A DNA stretch of 64,000 nt from an uncultured Paludibacteraceae bacterium. GTDB taxonomy: Bacteria > Bacteroidota > Bacteroidia > Bacteroidales > Paludibacteraceae. The notes beneath the pieces are model-generated. The model worked only from the letters and a program-made list of their open reading frames with translations, did no database searches and was not told the DNA's origin. The stretch is from assembly GCA_964292695.1 (NCBI GenBank), contig CAXYWB010000002.1, positions 2,454 through 66,453 of the forward strand. Reading direction: 5' to 3'. Of this stretch, positions 18,680 to 27,254 are shown piece by piece. Numbering within the stretch: position 1 is the stretch's first letter; each line of letters begins with the position of its first letter. Both the position numbers and the translations under genes were made by a program.

Positions 18680-18704
18680 AGCAATATCCGGCGTAATCTG
18701 ACAG

Positions 18705-19511
18705 ATGAAAGACAGTATCCAATATACCAATGACAGTGTAAGCAGGCTAAATGTTGACTCGGTATTGTCAATGGACAGTCTCAATCAAGCGGCCGATTCA
18801 TTACTACATGTTGATTCGACACGAGTGGCCGCCACTTTGCCCAGTGGTTTTGAAGGAATACTCCACCCCTCTGCCCCATCTACCGAAAGTTGGGTTTTCA
18901 TTGCTATCATTCTGCTTTTTCTGCTGTTGGTCTCAGGAATAGTCCGCTCTGCCGGTGAATTTTTCCAAAACATTAAAGCTTTTTTTTCGAAAAAAGAATC
19001 GGTAAGCCTCCTTCTGACTCCAACTGTAAACATCGCTCAGTTTCACATATTCATTACTCTATTCTCCATAAGTGTGATCGCTCTTTTTGTATATGAATTA
19101 TTTTTTTCTGAAGTAGTTAGGTTCGAAATAAAAACATTTGCCCTGCTTTTTGGAATAACAGCGGGCTATTATATCCTGAAGCATATTCTCTTCGATATAG
19201 CCGGCTATACATTCTTCAACCGAAAAATTACAAAAACGTACAAAAAGATGTATTTTAGTCTGATAAATGTGTTGACAGTAGCGCTCTTTCCTGTTCTGAT
19301 TCTTTACACTTATCAACCACTTAGCTGGCAAGAGCCGCTGGAAATTATAACTGCTTGTTTGGCAGCTATTTTCTATATGTTTCTGATTATGAAATTATTC
19401 CAGATTTTTTACTCAAAACCTCTTGATTTATTCTATATTATTTTGTACCTTTGCACGCTCGAAATTATACCCATTTTAGTGTTGTTTAGGGCGTATATTA
19501 CGACTGTTTAA
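18705..19511 (+). CDS. multi-pass membrane protein (DUF4271-like)
   Basis: The ORF has about 6 predicted TM helices. Its position directly upstream of the hemD-like gene is the usual Bacteroidota arrangement for DUF4271. Confidence 0.55.
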   Translation: MKDSIQYTNDSVSRLNVDSVLSMDSLNQAADSLLHVDSTRVAATLPSGFEGILHPSAPSTESWVFIAIILLFLLLVSGIVRSAGEFFQNIKAFFSKKESVSLLLTPTVNIAQFHIFITLFSISVIALFVYELFFSEVVRFEIKTFALLFGITAGYYILKHILFDIAGYTFFNRKITKTYKKMYFSLINVLTVALFPVLILYTYQPLSWQEPLEIITACLAAIFYMFLIMKLFQIFYSKPLDLFYIILYLCTLEIIPILVLFRAYITTV

Positions 19512-19537
19512 TGTTTTAACTAAAAACCCGTAAAGTC

Positions 19538-20296
19538 TTGAAGATCAAAAAGATTTTGGTTTCACAACCACAGCCGACAACTGAAAAGTCACCTTATTAC
19601 GATATTATTGACAAGTATAGCGTAAAAATTGATTTTCGTCCTTTTATCAAAGTTGAGCCTATTTCTGCAAAAGAATTCAGGTCTCAACGCATTAATATTA
19701 CAGATCATACTGCTATTATTTTTAATGCTCGCCACGGGATTGATCATTTCTTCCATTTGTGTGAAGAACTCCGGGTGACCGTACCTGAAACAATGAAGTA
19801 TTTTTGTGTTTCTGAAACAGTAGCTCTATATCTTCAAAAGTATATTCAGTACCGTAAAAGAAAGATTTTTTTCAGTCAGACCGGGAAATTCTCCGACCTG
19901 GCTGTACTTTTGAATAAACATGCCGAAGAAAAATTTTTGTATATCACTTCCGATATACGAAATGAAGAAACAATGTCCATTCTTGAAAATGCTAAAATTA
20001 ATTTTGACCAGGCAATCATGTACCGGACTGTGAGCAATCATATTTCGGAGGATGAATTGAAGGATTATGACATGCTAGTGTTTTTCAGCCCGGCAGGTAT
20101 TAAATCCCTACTGGAAAGTGTACCAAACATGGAACAGGGTGATCGTTTCATAGCCAGTTTTGGTTCGACTACAGCACAAGCCGTGCATGATGCAGGTCTG
20201 AGACTGGATTTGGAAGCTCCATCGCCCGGAGTGCCTTCTATGACTATGGCGCTGGATAATTTCCTCAAAGAAATAAAGAAAAACGGTAGAAAATAA
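19538..20296 (+). CDS. hemD: uroporphyrinogen-III synthase-like protein
   Basis: A TTG start gives the N-terminus MKIKKILVSQPQP..KSPYYDI..KIDFRPFIKVE, which is typical of the Bacteroidota HemD-like family. Confidence 0.7.
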   Translation: MKIKKILVSQPQPTTEKSPYYDIIDKYSVKIDFRPFIKVEPISAKEFRSQRINITDHTAIIFNARHGIDHFFHLCEELRVTVPETMKYFCVSETVALYLQKYIQYRKRKIFFSQTGKFSDLAVLLNKHAEEKFLYITSDIRNEETMSILENAKINFDQAIMYRTVSNHISEDELKDYDMLVFFSPAGIKSLLESVPNMEQGDRFIASFGSTTAQAVHDAGLRLDLEAPSPGVPSMTMALDNFLKEIKKNGRK

Positions 20297-20354
20297 GTCC
20301 TCAACTTATTGAATTTTTTAACATAATGATATCCCGATAGTACCGATTATTTCG

Positions 20355-20362
20355 TACTTTTG
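20355..20362 (+). promoter_or_regulatory. -7 box TACTTTTG
   Basis: It lies 20 nt upstream of the rnpA ATG. Confidence 0.5.
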
Positions 20363-20382
20363 GGATATTCTTTTTAATCAAC

Positions 20383-20784
20383 ATGAACACATTCCCGAAG
20401 AAAGAGCATCTATATGGTGAAAAGGTTATAGAAAACCTACATACAACCGGGAGTAGTTTTCTTGTGTATCCGCTTAGGGTAGTTTATTTGAATGTCAGTC
20501 AGCCGGATGAGCAGATTCCGGTTCGGGTTATGATAGGTGTTTCAAAAAAGAAATTCAAAAAAGCCGTGGATAGAAATAGGGCAAAACGGCTGATGCGGGA
20601 AGCTTACAGACTGAATAAAAGCAGTTTAGTGTCGATTATCAAAAAGGAGGAAGTGAAAATTTATCTTTCGTTTCAATACATTGCCGATGAAATGCTTACA
20701 TTCGATGAGATAAGTACTAAGATGCAAAAAGCACTTGACAGGCTGACAAAAATAATAGCAGAAAAGTCATATATCAACCGATGA
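20383..20784 (+). CDS. rnpA: ribonuclease P protein component
   Basis: A basic RNR-type motif ([18 protein letters not shown]) is present, and yidD follows with a 4-nt overlap. Confidence 0.85.
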   Translation: MNTFPKKEHLYGEKVIENLHTTGSSFLVYPLRVVYLNVSQPDEQIPVRVMIGVSKKKFKKAVDRNRAKRLMREAYRLNKSSLVSIIKKEEVKIYLSFQYIADEMLTFDEISTKMQKALDRLTKIIAEKSYINR

Positions 20785-21011
20785 AAACAGCAAAAAAAGT
20801 TATAGAATTTTTTGTTTTACTTCCGGTTTATTTTTACCGGTATTTCATTTCGCCAATGACTCCGCCTTCATGCAGGTACACACCTACCTGTTCGGCCTAC
20901 GCCATCGAAGCTGTAAAGAAGCATGGGGCGTTCAAAGGCGGTTGGCTGGCTCTTAAAAGAATTCTGAGCTGCCATCCCTGGGGTGGAAGCGGATATGATC
21001 CGGTGCCATAG
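20781..21011 (+). CDS. yidD: membrane protein insertion efficiency factor YidD
   Basis: [31 protein letters not shown]...RILSCHPW signature. Confidence 0.9.
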   Translation: MKTAKKVIEFFVLLPVYFYRYFISPMTPPSCRYTPTCSAYAIEAVKKHGAFKGGWLALKRILSCHPWGGSGYDPVP

Positions 21012-21091
21012 TCCGTATATTTCTTTGATTTTTTGGACTTTAAAAAGTGGAAATGATATAAAGTCAATCTTAAAAAAATTAAATTGCAAAT

Positions 21092-21123
21092 CGTGTACTT
21101 GAACACCACGTCAAAAAAACAAG
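21092..21123 (+). promoter_or_regulatory. candidate preQ1 class-I riboswitch aptamer (H-type pseudoknot)
   Basis: P1 is CGTG(21092-95)/CACG(21107-10). The 11-nt loop TACTTGAACAC is followed by a TC-A7-CAAG tail, and the loop CTTG (21098-101) is complementary to the tail CAAG (21120-23). The tail ends 4 nt before the yhhQ ATG. Confidence 0.45.
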
Positions 21124-21127
21124 AAAA

Positions 21128-21808
21128 ATGAAAAAACAAGTTTCAGTAGCCTACATGGTATGTGGGCTTTTATTTACTACCTGTCTGATAATTGCTAACA
21201 TTGTTGAGCAGAAGTTAATCCAAATCGGACCAATCGAAGCCACTGCCGGCTTGCTGATTTTCCCCATTTCATATATTGTAAATGACATTATTGCCGAAGT
21301 GTGGGGCTATCGAAAAGCTCGACTAATAATTTGGTATGGATTTTTGATGAATTTTCTGGCTGTGGCTGTATTTCGGGTAAGTATACTTGTACCGGGATCC
21401 GAAAATTTCACCCACCAAGAAGCATTTTCTCTGGTAATGGGGAATACTCTCCGGATAACGATTGCAAGTTTCGTCGCATTTCTGATTGGTTCGTTTCTCA
21501 ATGCTTTCGTAATGAGCCGTATGAAAATCATGCAAAAAGGACGAAATTTTTCGTTGAGAGCCGTTGTTTCCACATTGGTTGGCGAGGGAACGGATTCTCT
21601 GGTATTTTTCACTATCGCATTCTACGGTGTAATTCCTAACAACGATTTACTCATACTGATGCTGACACAAACCGGTATGAAAACGGGTTACGAAATCATT
21701 ATTCTGCCGCTTACAAACAGAATAGTGAAATGGGTGAAAAAGAAGGAAGAAGAAGATGTGTACGACGAAAATGTATCGTACAATCCGTTCAGGATTAAGG
21801 AATTATAG
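21128..21808 (+). CDS. yhhQ: queuosine precursor transporter (YhhQ / DUF165 family)
   Basis: 226-aa polytopic membrane protein with the motif LIFPISYIVNDIIAEVWGYRKAR and ...LVGEGTDSLVFF. Confidence 0.8.
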   Translation: MKKQVSVAYMVCGLLFTTCLIIANIVEQKLIQIGPIEATAGLLIFPISYIVNDIIAEVWGYRKARLIIWYGFLMNFLAVAVFRVSILVPGSENFTHQEAFSLVMGNTLRITIASFVAFLIGSFLNAFVMSRMKIMQKGRNFSLRAVVSTLVGEGTDSLVFFTIAFYGVIPNNDLLILMLTQTGMKTGYEIIILPLTNRIVKWVKKKEEEDVYDENVSYNPFRIKEL

Positions 21809-21862
21809 GACTGGAGATTTTCTTGTCTCCAAAAAAAGATGGCTTGAATTCCACACTCCCTA

Positions 21863-22633
21863 TTACATTACTTCATTCAATAAATTTGCCAGCTGAATTC
21901 CGGCTCTGAAAAGTTGAAGATCCATATCCTTGTTGAAATCATACATATAATTGTATGCCCTCAAATCTGCATAATCATAGGCATATATTTTGTTTCGGAG
22001 AAGATATGTTGCCCAAATTGCATCGACCATCGACTGATTCTTGAGTACCTTCTTTTGCTTTGCAAATTTATCTTTCAGGTAGCGACTGTATTCGGAATAA
22101 GAAAATTTCTGACCTTCGAGCATTTGAGTATCCCAAAGCTGATGAAGCCGTATATCACGTCCAAACCATTTCACCATCACATCATTGCCGCCCCGGTCTG
22201 ACAGTCGGCCCAGGTGCATCGGCTGGAATAAATCGGCCGCAAAATGGACGATAAACTTGAGTGCTTCCACATCATTTTTATTTCTCTTCAGGCTTGCGGA
22301 TAGGCTGTCGAGTGCAAAAAACAGGTGCCTGCCTTCGGATGTAGGATTATCGAGCAAAAATTGAAGTTCAGATTTGGACATACCATCTTTCAGGTTTTGG
22401 AAATGCCAGTTGTAGCTGTAAGCATAAGCAGAATCGCTCCGGATGTCATCGCTCCAGACAGATGCATAAATAATTCCGTGTTTTTCAAGCAATTTATCCA
22501 CTTTTTTACGAGTTCCGCATGTTAGGTTTTCGTACGCAACATCGGCAATTATTCGGTGTCCCACAGCATCAAATGCGGTAATATGGAACGAAAAACTCAG
22601 GAGAGCTATCAAAAGAAAAAATTTGTGTTTCAT
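21863..22633 (-). CDS. S1/P1 nuclease family protein
   Basis: The signal peptide is followed by a mature N-terminus FDAVGHRIIA, then WHF and HFAADLFQPMH metal-ligand motifs. Confidence 0.8.
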   Translation of the reverse strand: MKHKFFLLIALLSFSFHITAFDAVGHRIIADVAYENLTCGTRKKVDKLLEKHGIIYASVWSDDIRSDSAYAYSYNWHFQNLKDGMSKSELQFLLDNPTSEGRHLFFALDSLSASLKRNKNDVEALKFIVHFAADLFQPMHLGRLSDRGGNDVMVKWFGRDIRLHQLWDTQMLEGQKFSYSEYSRYLKDKFAKQKKVLKNQSMVDAIWATYLLRNKIYAYDYADLRAYNYMYDFNKDMDLQLFRAGIQLANLLNEVM

Positions 22634-22653
22634 ATATCTCGATAAATTTGAGA

Positions 22654-22661
22654 CAAAGTTA
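22654..22661 (-). promoter_or_regulatory. -7 box TAACTTTG (minus strand)
   Basis: The plus strand reads CAAAGTTA, 21 nt upstream of the nuclease start at 22633. Confidence 0.5.
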
Positions 22662-22675
22662 GAAAAAAAAAATCA

Positions 22676-22683
22676 TACCTTTG
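22676..22683 (+). promoter_or_regulatory. -7 box TACCTTTG
   Basis: It lies 24 nt upstream of the ATG at 22708 and overlaps the TTG start of the track ORF, which favours the 22708 start. Confidence 0.5.
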
Positions 22684-22707
22684 TTCCACAGATACAACAC
22701 GAAAGAA

Positions 22708-23613
22708 ATGCTCTCGCTTCTTCAAGAATATCACATCTACCTGAAAATGGAAAAATCGCTGTCGCATAATACAGTGGATGGATATGAGCGTGATATCCAT
22801 AAACTGTTTTCGTATCTGAATGATGCTCATATCGAACCGAAAAACGCAAAGATTGAGCATTTGCGCGATTTCCTCGTTGAAATCGGGAAAATTGGAATAA
22901 ACGAACGTTCGCAGGCAAGGCTTATTTCAGGCATCAAATCTTTTTACCGCTTCCTTATTTATAAAGATAAAATTTCGCAGGATCCGACTGACTTGTTGGA
23001 AGCTCCAAGGTTAGGGTTGCGTTTGCCTGAAGTTCTTTCTATCGATGAAATCGAACAAATCTTTGCAGCCATCGATTTATCGAAACCGGAAGGACAACGA
23101 AACCGTGCCATCATTGAAGTGCTTTACGGATCGGGGTTGCGCGTGTCCGAACTGATTAACCTGAAACTGACGAATATCTATTTTGATGAAAATTATATGC
23201 TGGTGGAAGGAAAAGGGAGCAAACAGCGATTGGTTCCTCTTTCGGAGGAATCGGTGAAGCAAATCGGCTATTGGCGACTCGACCGCAACCGGCTGGACAT
23301 AAAAAAGGGAAATGAGGATTATTTGTTTTTAAACCGGCTTGGAAGAAGGCTCACGCGTGCCATGATTTTTACCATTGTGAAAAATCTGGCTGAAGTTGCC
23401 GGAATAAAAAAAAATATCAGTCCGCATACTTTTCGTCATTCATTTGCCACTCACCTGCTAGAAAATGGTGCCAATTTACGTGCCATTCAGCAGTTGCTCG
23501 GACACGAATCTATCACAACCACAGAACTTTACACACACATTGATGTGCAATATTTACGGGAAACGATTTTGATGTATCATCCAAAAAACACAAACCGGAA
23601 AACAGTCCGATAA
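22708..23613 (+). CDS. xerD: site-specific tyrosine recombinase XerD
   Basis: The ORF shows LSHNTVDGYERDI, GLRVSELINL, HTFRHSFATHLLENGANLRAIQQLLGHESITTTELYTH (R..HxxR..Y). Its size is about 300 aa and its neighbours are housekeeping genes. Confidence 0.85.
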   Translation: MLSLLQEYHIYLKMEKSLSHNTVDGYERDIHKLFSYLNDAHIEPKNAKIEHLRDFLVEIGKIGINERSQARLISGIKSFYRFLIYKDKISQDPTDLLEAPRLGLRLPEVLSIDEIEQIFAAIDLSKPEGQRNRAIIEVLYGSGLRVSELINLKLTNIYFDENYMLVEGKGSKQRLVPLSEESVKQIGYWRLDRNRLDIKKGNEDYLFLNRLGRRLTRAMIFTIVKNLAEVAGIKKNISPHTFRHSFATHLLENGANLRAIQQLLGHESITTTELYTHIDVQYLRETILMYHPKNTNRKTVR

Positions 23614-23637
23614 CCTCCGCTAAACGTCGGGCAGATA

Positions 23638-23656
23638 CTGAAAATGGAATTTTCAG
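23638..23656 (+). terminator. hairpin downstream of xerD
   Basis: CTGAAAAT-GGA-ATTTTCAG forms an 8-bp AT-rich stem with no clear T-run. Confidence 0.35.
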
Positions 23657-23747
23657 TAAATTGGATAAAACTTTTTAGATCCTAAACTTTTCTATTGTTT
23701 CAGAAAAAAGAATTCAGTTCAATGTTCTACATATTAACAAACATGAT

Positions 23748-26189
23748 ATGATAAAATTGAGAAAAAATCAGGTACTTGTTTTGAATTTTTTTACTCAGTT
23801 GAAAAAATTCACTAACTCTCTTCCCATGGGGTTTTTTGGCTTTTTTTTAATCGTTTGTGTACCTCTTTCGGCACAGGAAACGATAGTTGTAGGTCAGGTT
23901 TTCAATAAATTTGACCGAGCACCATTGCAATCGGTGAGCGTTTATTTCAAAGGATCAAGCGTACAGACACAGACCAACGAAGAGGGTTATTTCCTGATTC
24001 GAAATCAGGGAAAAGAATCGGTTCTTATTTTCTCACTAATCGGTTTCAGGAAAGAAGAAATTAAAATTACTCCCGGTGAAAGCGTCGGCATGGAATTATT
24101 ACTGGAAGAAAAGGCAAATTTATTGGGAGAACTTTTTGTGACACCCGGAGCCAATCCAGCCAACGATTTGATGAAAAAAGTGCGTGAAAACCGGAAAAAG
24201 AACAATGTGAGGGCTAACCTGAAAAGCAACGAGCAACGTGTGGTTTTTCTAAGTAAAAACGATTCATGCTGGGAAAATAACCGACTTTTTGAGCAATTCA
24301 AAACCGGAAATCTTTCCGGCTCAGACTCTTCGCTGCTTGTACCACTTTATATGGAAGAATCCGTTTTCAATCAGACGAATAAAAACAAAGAACAAATCAG
24401 CAAAAACACATTCAACACATCTGAAACTGCTCAGAAAACCATCACAGGATTGCTGAAAGGATTGGACACTGAAGTTAATTTCTACAACAATGCTATTTCG
24501 GTGTTGGGCAAAAATATGATAAGTCCAATCGCAAACATTAGCAAAACGTATTATCGTTACTATCTGATTGACAGTACGAAAACCAACACAGGAAAAGAGT
24601 ATTCAGTTCGTTTCCGTACAAAAAACACCAAAAACCTCGCTTTCAACGGTGAATTGAGGATTGACTCAGCCACTTTAGCACTTACTTATATCAATGCCGA
24701 ACTTCCGCGAAAAGCCAATTTGAACTACATTCACAACCTGCGAATCAATCAGTCGTTCCAATCGTCGAACAGTTTTTGGTTCCCAAAGGAGGAAAAATCT
24801 GTCTGGAATATGACATACGAACTATTGAAAGAAAATTCTGCCAAATCGCCCGAATTGCTTATCAGCCGAAATTCTGTTTTCTCACCCAATGGCGAAGATT
24901 TAGTGATTCAGACCGATTCGTTTGCCAATTCAGCTTTCACACAGCAGCAACTTGAAACAAAAATGACAGCCGTACAGCAAACTCCTTTGTACCGAACTGC
25001 AAGCTATCTTGCCGACGTACTGCTCACAGGCTATTTTCGTGCCGGCATCTTTGATATCGGTCAGATTGTAGATATTACCCGGCTTACTAAAATAGAAGGC
25101 GTTCGGATTGGATTACCACTGCGAACCAACGAACAACTTTGGAAGAATATTATGCTGGGTGCCCATGCTGCCTACGGTTTTCGGGATAAGGAAATAAAAT
25201 ACAGCGGCGAAGTTCAGTGGAAATTACCCGCGGAAAACAACAGGATAATCCTGGGTGCCAAATACTTAAACGATTACCGGAGAATAGATTACGACTACAA
25301 TAATTTTCTTTGGCGTGAAGATCCGCTGGCTACCGGCGACGAGAATTTTGTTTCCACATTTTTTGCATTTAAGGCCCAAAACAGAATAAGCAAAAGACAT
25401 GAAATCAGTGCTTTTCTTTACAACGACTGGACACCTGATATAGAATCCAAGTGGATTTTCAGGAATGTAACCTATTTCGCAAACGAATTATTGCCTTTAA
25501 GGCAAAATGAAAACGTTTTCTCATCTTTACACGACCGGAATTTCTCGTTGACCACTCGTTTTTCTTTTGGAGAAAAAATAGTGGAGGAACATTTTCAACG
25601 GCTATATTTGAAGTCCAACAAACCGGTTTTATATGCCACGCTCGAAGGCGGACATTTCAAATTTGGCGATGAAAATGGAAATTATGGCAAGTTAAGCAGT
25701 ACATTTCTGCATCGCGGGCAATTTGTATTGGGCGAATGGCGGTACATGGCCGAAGCAGGAAAAATTCTGGGCAGCGTACCCTATCCTTTGCTCAAATTCA
25801 TTCAGGGAAAAGAAGGAGGTGAATACAACCGATTCGAATTTGCCATGATGAACAACCGCGAATACGTGGCCGATACCTACGGAACTCTCTTTTCTGAGTT
25901 GATTCTGAATGGTGTTTTATTTAACAATATCCCACTTATCAAGCATCTCAATCTGAGAGAAATAGCCTCATTCAAAATGGCTTATGGCACCCTAAGCGAT
26001 TCACATTCCACCAAAATGGATATACCGACGCCTTCAGCCAAATTTACACAACCGTATACGGAGGCAAGTGTCGGATTTTGTAATCTGCTGGGTGTAATGT
26101 CCGTTCAAAGTATTTGGCGACTGACTGACTTAAACAAACCGAATATAAAGAAATGGGGCATTAAGTTCAATATCATGGTAACCTTCTGA
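23748..26189 (+). CDS. carboxypeptidase-regulatory-like domain / DUF5686-type outer-membrane-associated protein
   Basis: 813-aa ORF with a signal peptide. The N-terminal CarboxypepD_reg-like segment reads IVVGQVFNKFDRAPLQSVSVYFKGSSVQTQTNEEGYFLI, and the beta-rich C-terminus ends in F. Confidence 0.6.
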   Translation: MIKLRKNQVLVLNFFTQLKKFTNSLPMGFFGFFLIVCVPLSAQETIVVGQVFNKFDRAPLQSVSVYFKGSSVQTQTNEEGYFLIRNQGKESVLIFSLIGFRKEEIKITPGESVGMELLLEEKANLLGELFVTPGANPANDLMKKVRENRKKNNVRANLKSNEQRVVFLSKNDSCWENNRLFEQFKTGNLSGSDSSLLVPLYMEESVFNQTNKNKEQISKNTFNTSETAQKTITGLLKGLDTEVNFYNNAISVLGKNMISPIANISKTYYRYYLIDSTKTNTGKEYSVRFRTKNTKNLAFNGELRIDSATLALTYINAELPRKANLNYIHNLRINQSFQSSNSFWFPKEEKSVWNMTYELLKENSAKSPELLISRNSVFSPNGEDLVIQTDSFANSAFTQQQLETKMTAVQQTPLYRTASYLADVLLTGYFRAGIFDIGQIVDITRLTKIEGVRIGLPLRTNEQLWKNIMLGAHAAYGFRDKEIKYSGEVQWKLPAENNRIILGAKYLNDYRRIDYDYNNFLWREDPLATGDENFVSTFFAFKAQNRISKRHEISAFLYNDWTPDIESKWIFRNVTYFANELLPLRQNENVFSSLHDRNFSLTTRFSFGEKIVEEHFQRLYLKSNKPVLYATLEGGHFKFGDENGNYGKLSSTFLHRGQFVLGEWRYMAEAGKILGSVPYPLLKFIQGKEGGEYNRFEFAMMNNREYVADTYGTLFSELILNGVLFNNIPLIKHLNLREIASFKMAYGTLSDSHSTKMDIPTPSAKFTQPYTEASVGFCNLLGVMSVQSIWRLTDLNKPNIKKWGIKFNIMVTF

Positions 26190-26216
26190 TAATATACAAA
26201 TTAGAGCCAACTAATC

Positions 26217-26250
26217 GTTTGAAATCAAATTAAAACAATCGATTTCAAAC
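26217..26250 (+). terminator. hairpin downstream of the DUF5686-like gene
   Basis: GTTTGAAATC-14 nt-GATTTCAAAC forms a 10-bp stem with no strong T-run. Confidence 0.4.
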
Positions 26251-26325
26251 AAGGAGAAAACTTCAAACCAGAAAATTCCCCCGTTGGATTTTCTGAAAAA
26301 AATAAAATCCTGCTTTGAAAATGCG

Positions 26326-26333
26326 TATCTTTG
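26326..26333 (+). promoter_or_regulatory. -7 box TATCTTTG
   Basis: It lies 22 nt upstream of the proC ATG. Confidence 0.5.
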
Positions 26334-26355
26334 CAAGCCAAATACTCAATAAATT

Positions 26356-27144
26356 ATGACAAAAATTGCCATTATCGGAGGTGGAAATATGGGTGGAGCC
26401 ATTGCAAGAGGGCTATTGAAAGGTAAACTCATTGCCGCCAAAGACATTACAATTAGCGATGTATCTGAAAAAACTCTGCAGAATTTCAGAGACATTTCTG
26501 CTGACTGGAAATTGACAACTTCCAATCAGGAAGCCATTGAAGGCGCTGATATAATTATTTTTGCAGTAAAGCCCTGGTTGGTGGAAAAAGTGTGCGGTGA
26601 AATCAGGGAAAAAATAAATTTCAGGCAACAAATCATTGTTTCAATTGCAGCGGGAGTTGATTTTTTCACCCTGAAAAAACTGCTGCATGAAAAGGCAGTT
26701 ATTTTCAGAATTATACCCAATACAGCCATTGAAGTGATGGAAAGTGTTTCAACAGTCACTTCTGAGAATGCCGGAAAAAAGCAGATAGAACTGGTCAGTT
26801 CTATTTTTGAAGATATGGGTAAGGTTTTTTATGTGGAAAATGAGCATTTGCTAAATGCTTACATGTCACTTTCTTCTTGTGGTATTGCGTATGCTTTCCG
26901 TTACATTCGGGCTGCTATGGAAGGTGGAGTGGAAATGGGCATTTACCCCGATACAGCCAGGCAAGTAGTGATGCAAACACTGAGAGGTGCTGTGAAATTG
27001 CTTGAAACAAATAACTTGCATCCTGAGGCAGAGATTGACAAGGTGACCACACCCGGCGGCATCACCATCAAAGGACTGAACGAGATGGAGGCCAACGGTT
27101 TTACAAATGCGGTGATAAAAGGATTAAAGAAAAGCCTCCCTTAA
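26356..27144 (+). CDS. proC: pyrroline-5-carboxylate reductase
   Basis: IAIIGGGNMGGAI Rossmann motif and a C-terminal VTTPGGITIKGL signature. Confidence 0.9.
   Translation: MTKIAIIGGGNMGGAIARGLLKGKLIAAKDITISDVSEKTLQNFRDISADWKLTTSNQEAIEGADIIIFAVKPWLVEKVCGEIREKINFRQQIIVSIAAGVDFFTLKKLLHEKAVIFRIIPNTAIEVMESVSTVTSENAGKKQIELVSSIFEDMGKVFYVENEHLLNAYMSLSSCGIAYAFRYIRAAMEGGVEMGIYPDTARQVVMQTLRGAVKLLETNNLHPEAEIDKVTTPGGITIKGLNEMEANGFTNAVIKGLKKSLP
27127..27142 (+). repeat. 16-nt direct repeat, copy 1 (AAGAAAAGCCTCCCTT)
   Basis: An exact copy recurs at 27212-27227, 85 nt downstream. Copy 1 covers the last codons of proC plus the first T of its stop codon. Confidence 0.6.
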
Positions 27145-27211
27145 CCATACTTAAGGAGTGAAATTAAACGGAGTTTCTAAAATTTCAGAAACATATTATT
27201 TAACAAAAAAT

Positions 27212-27243
27212 AAGAAAAGCCTCCCTTTCACGGGCTTAGGGGC
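27212..27243 (+). repeat. 16-nt direct repeat, copy 2, extended into a start-proximal C-run/G-run box
   Basis: AAGAAAAGCCTCCCTTTCACGGGCTTAGGGGC ends 11 nt before the prfB ATG and aligns with the boxes at 53835 and 15909. Confidence 0.5.
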
Positions 27244-27254
27244 AGAAATTTATT

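Noticed and set aside
20316-20340. A dif-like half site (TTTTAACATAA followed by a 6-nt spacer) lies downstream of hemD, about 2.4 kb upstream of xerD.
   Set aside because: Only one arm resembles the consensus and the second arm (CCCGATAGTAC) does not. The segment is more simply the rnpA promoter region.
22708-23613. Could the tyrosine recombinase mark a mobile element?
   Set aside because: Its size and motifs fit chromosomal XerD. Both flanks are housekeeping genes (S1/P1 nuclease, yhhQ, proC), and there are no att-like repeats or cargo genes.
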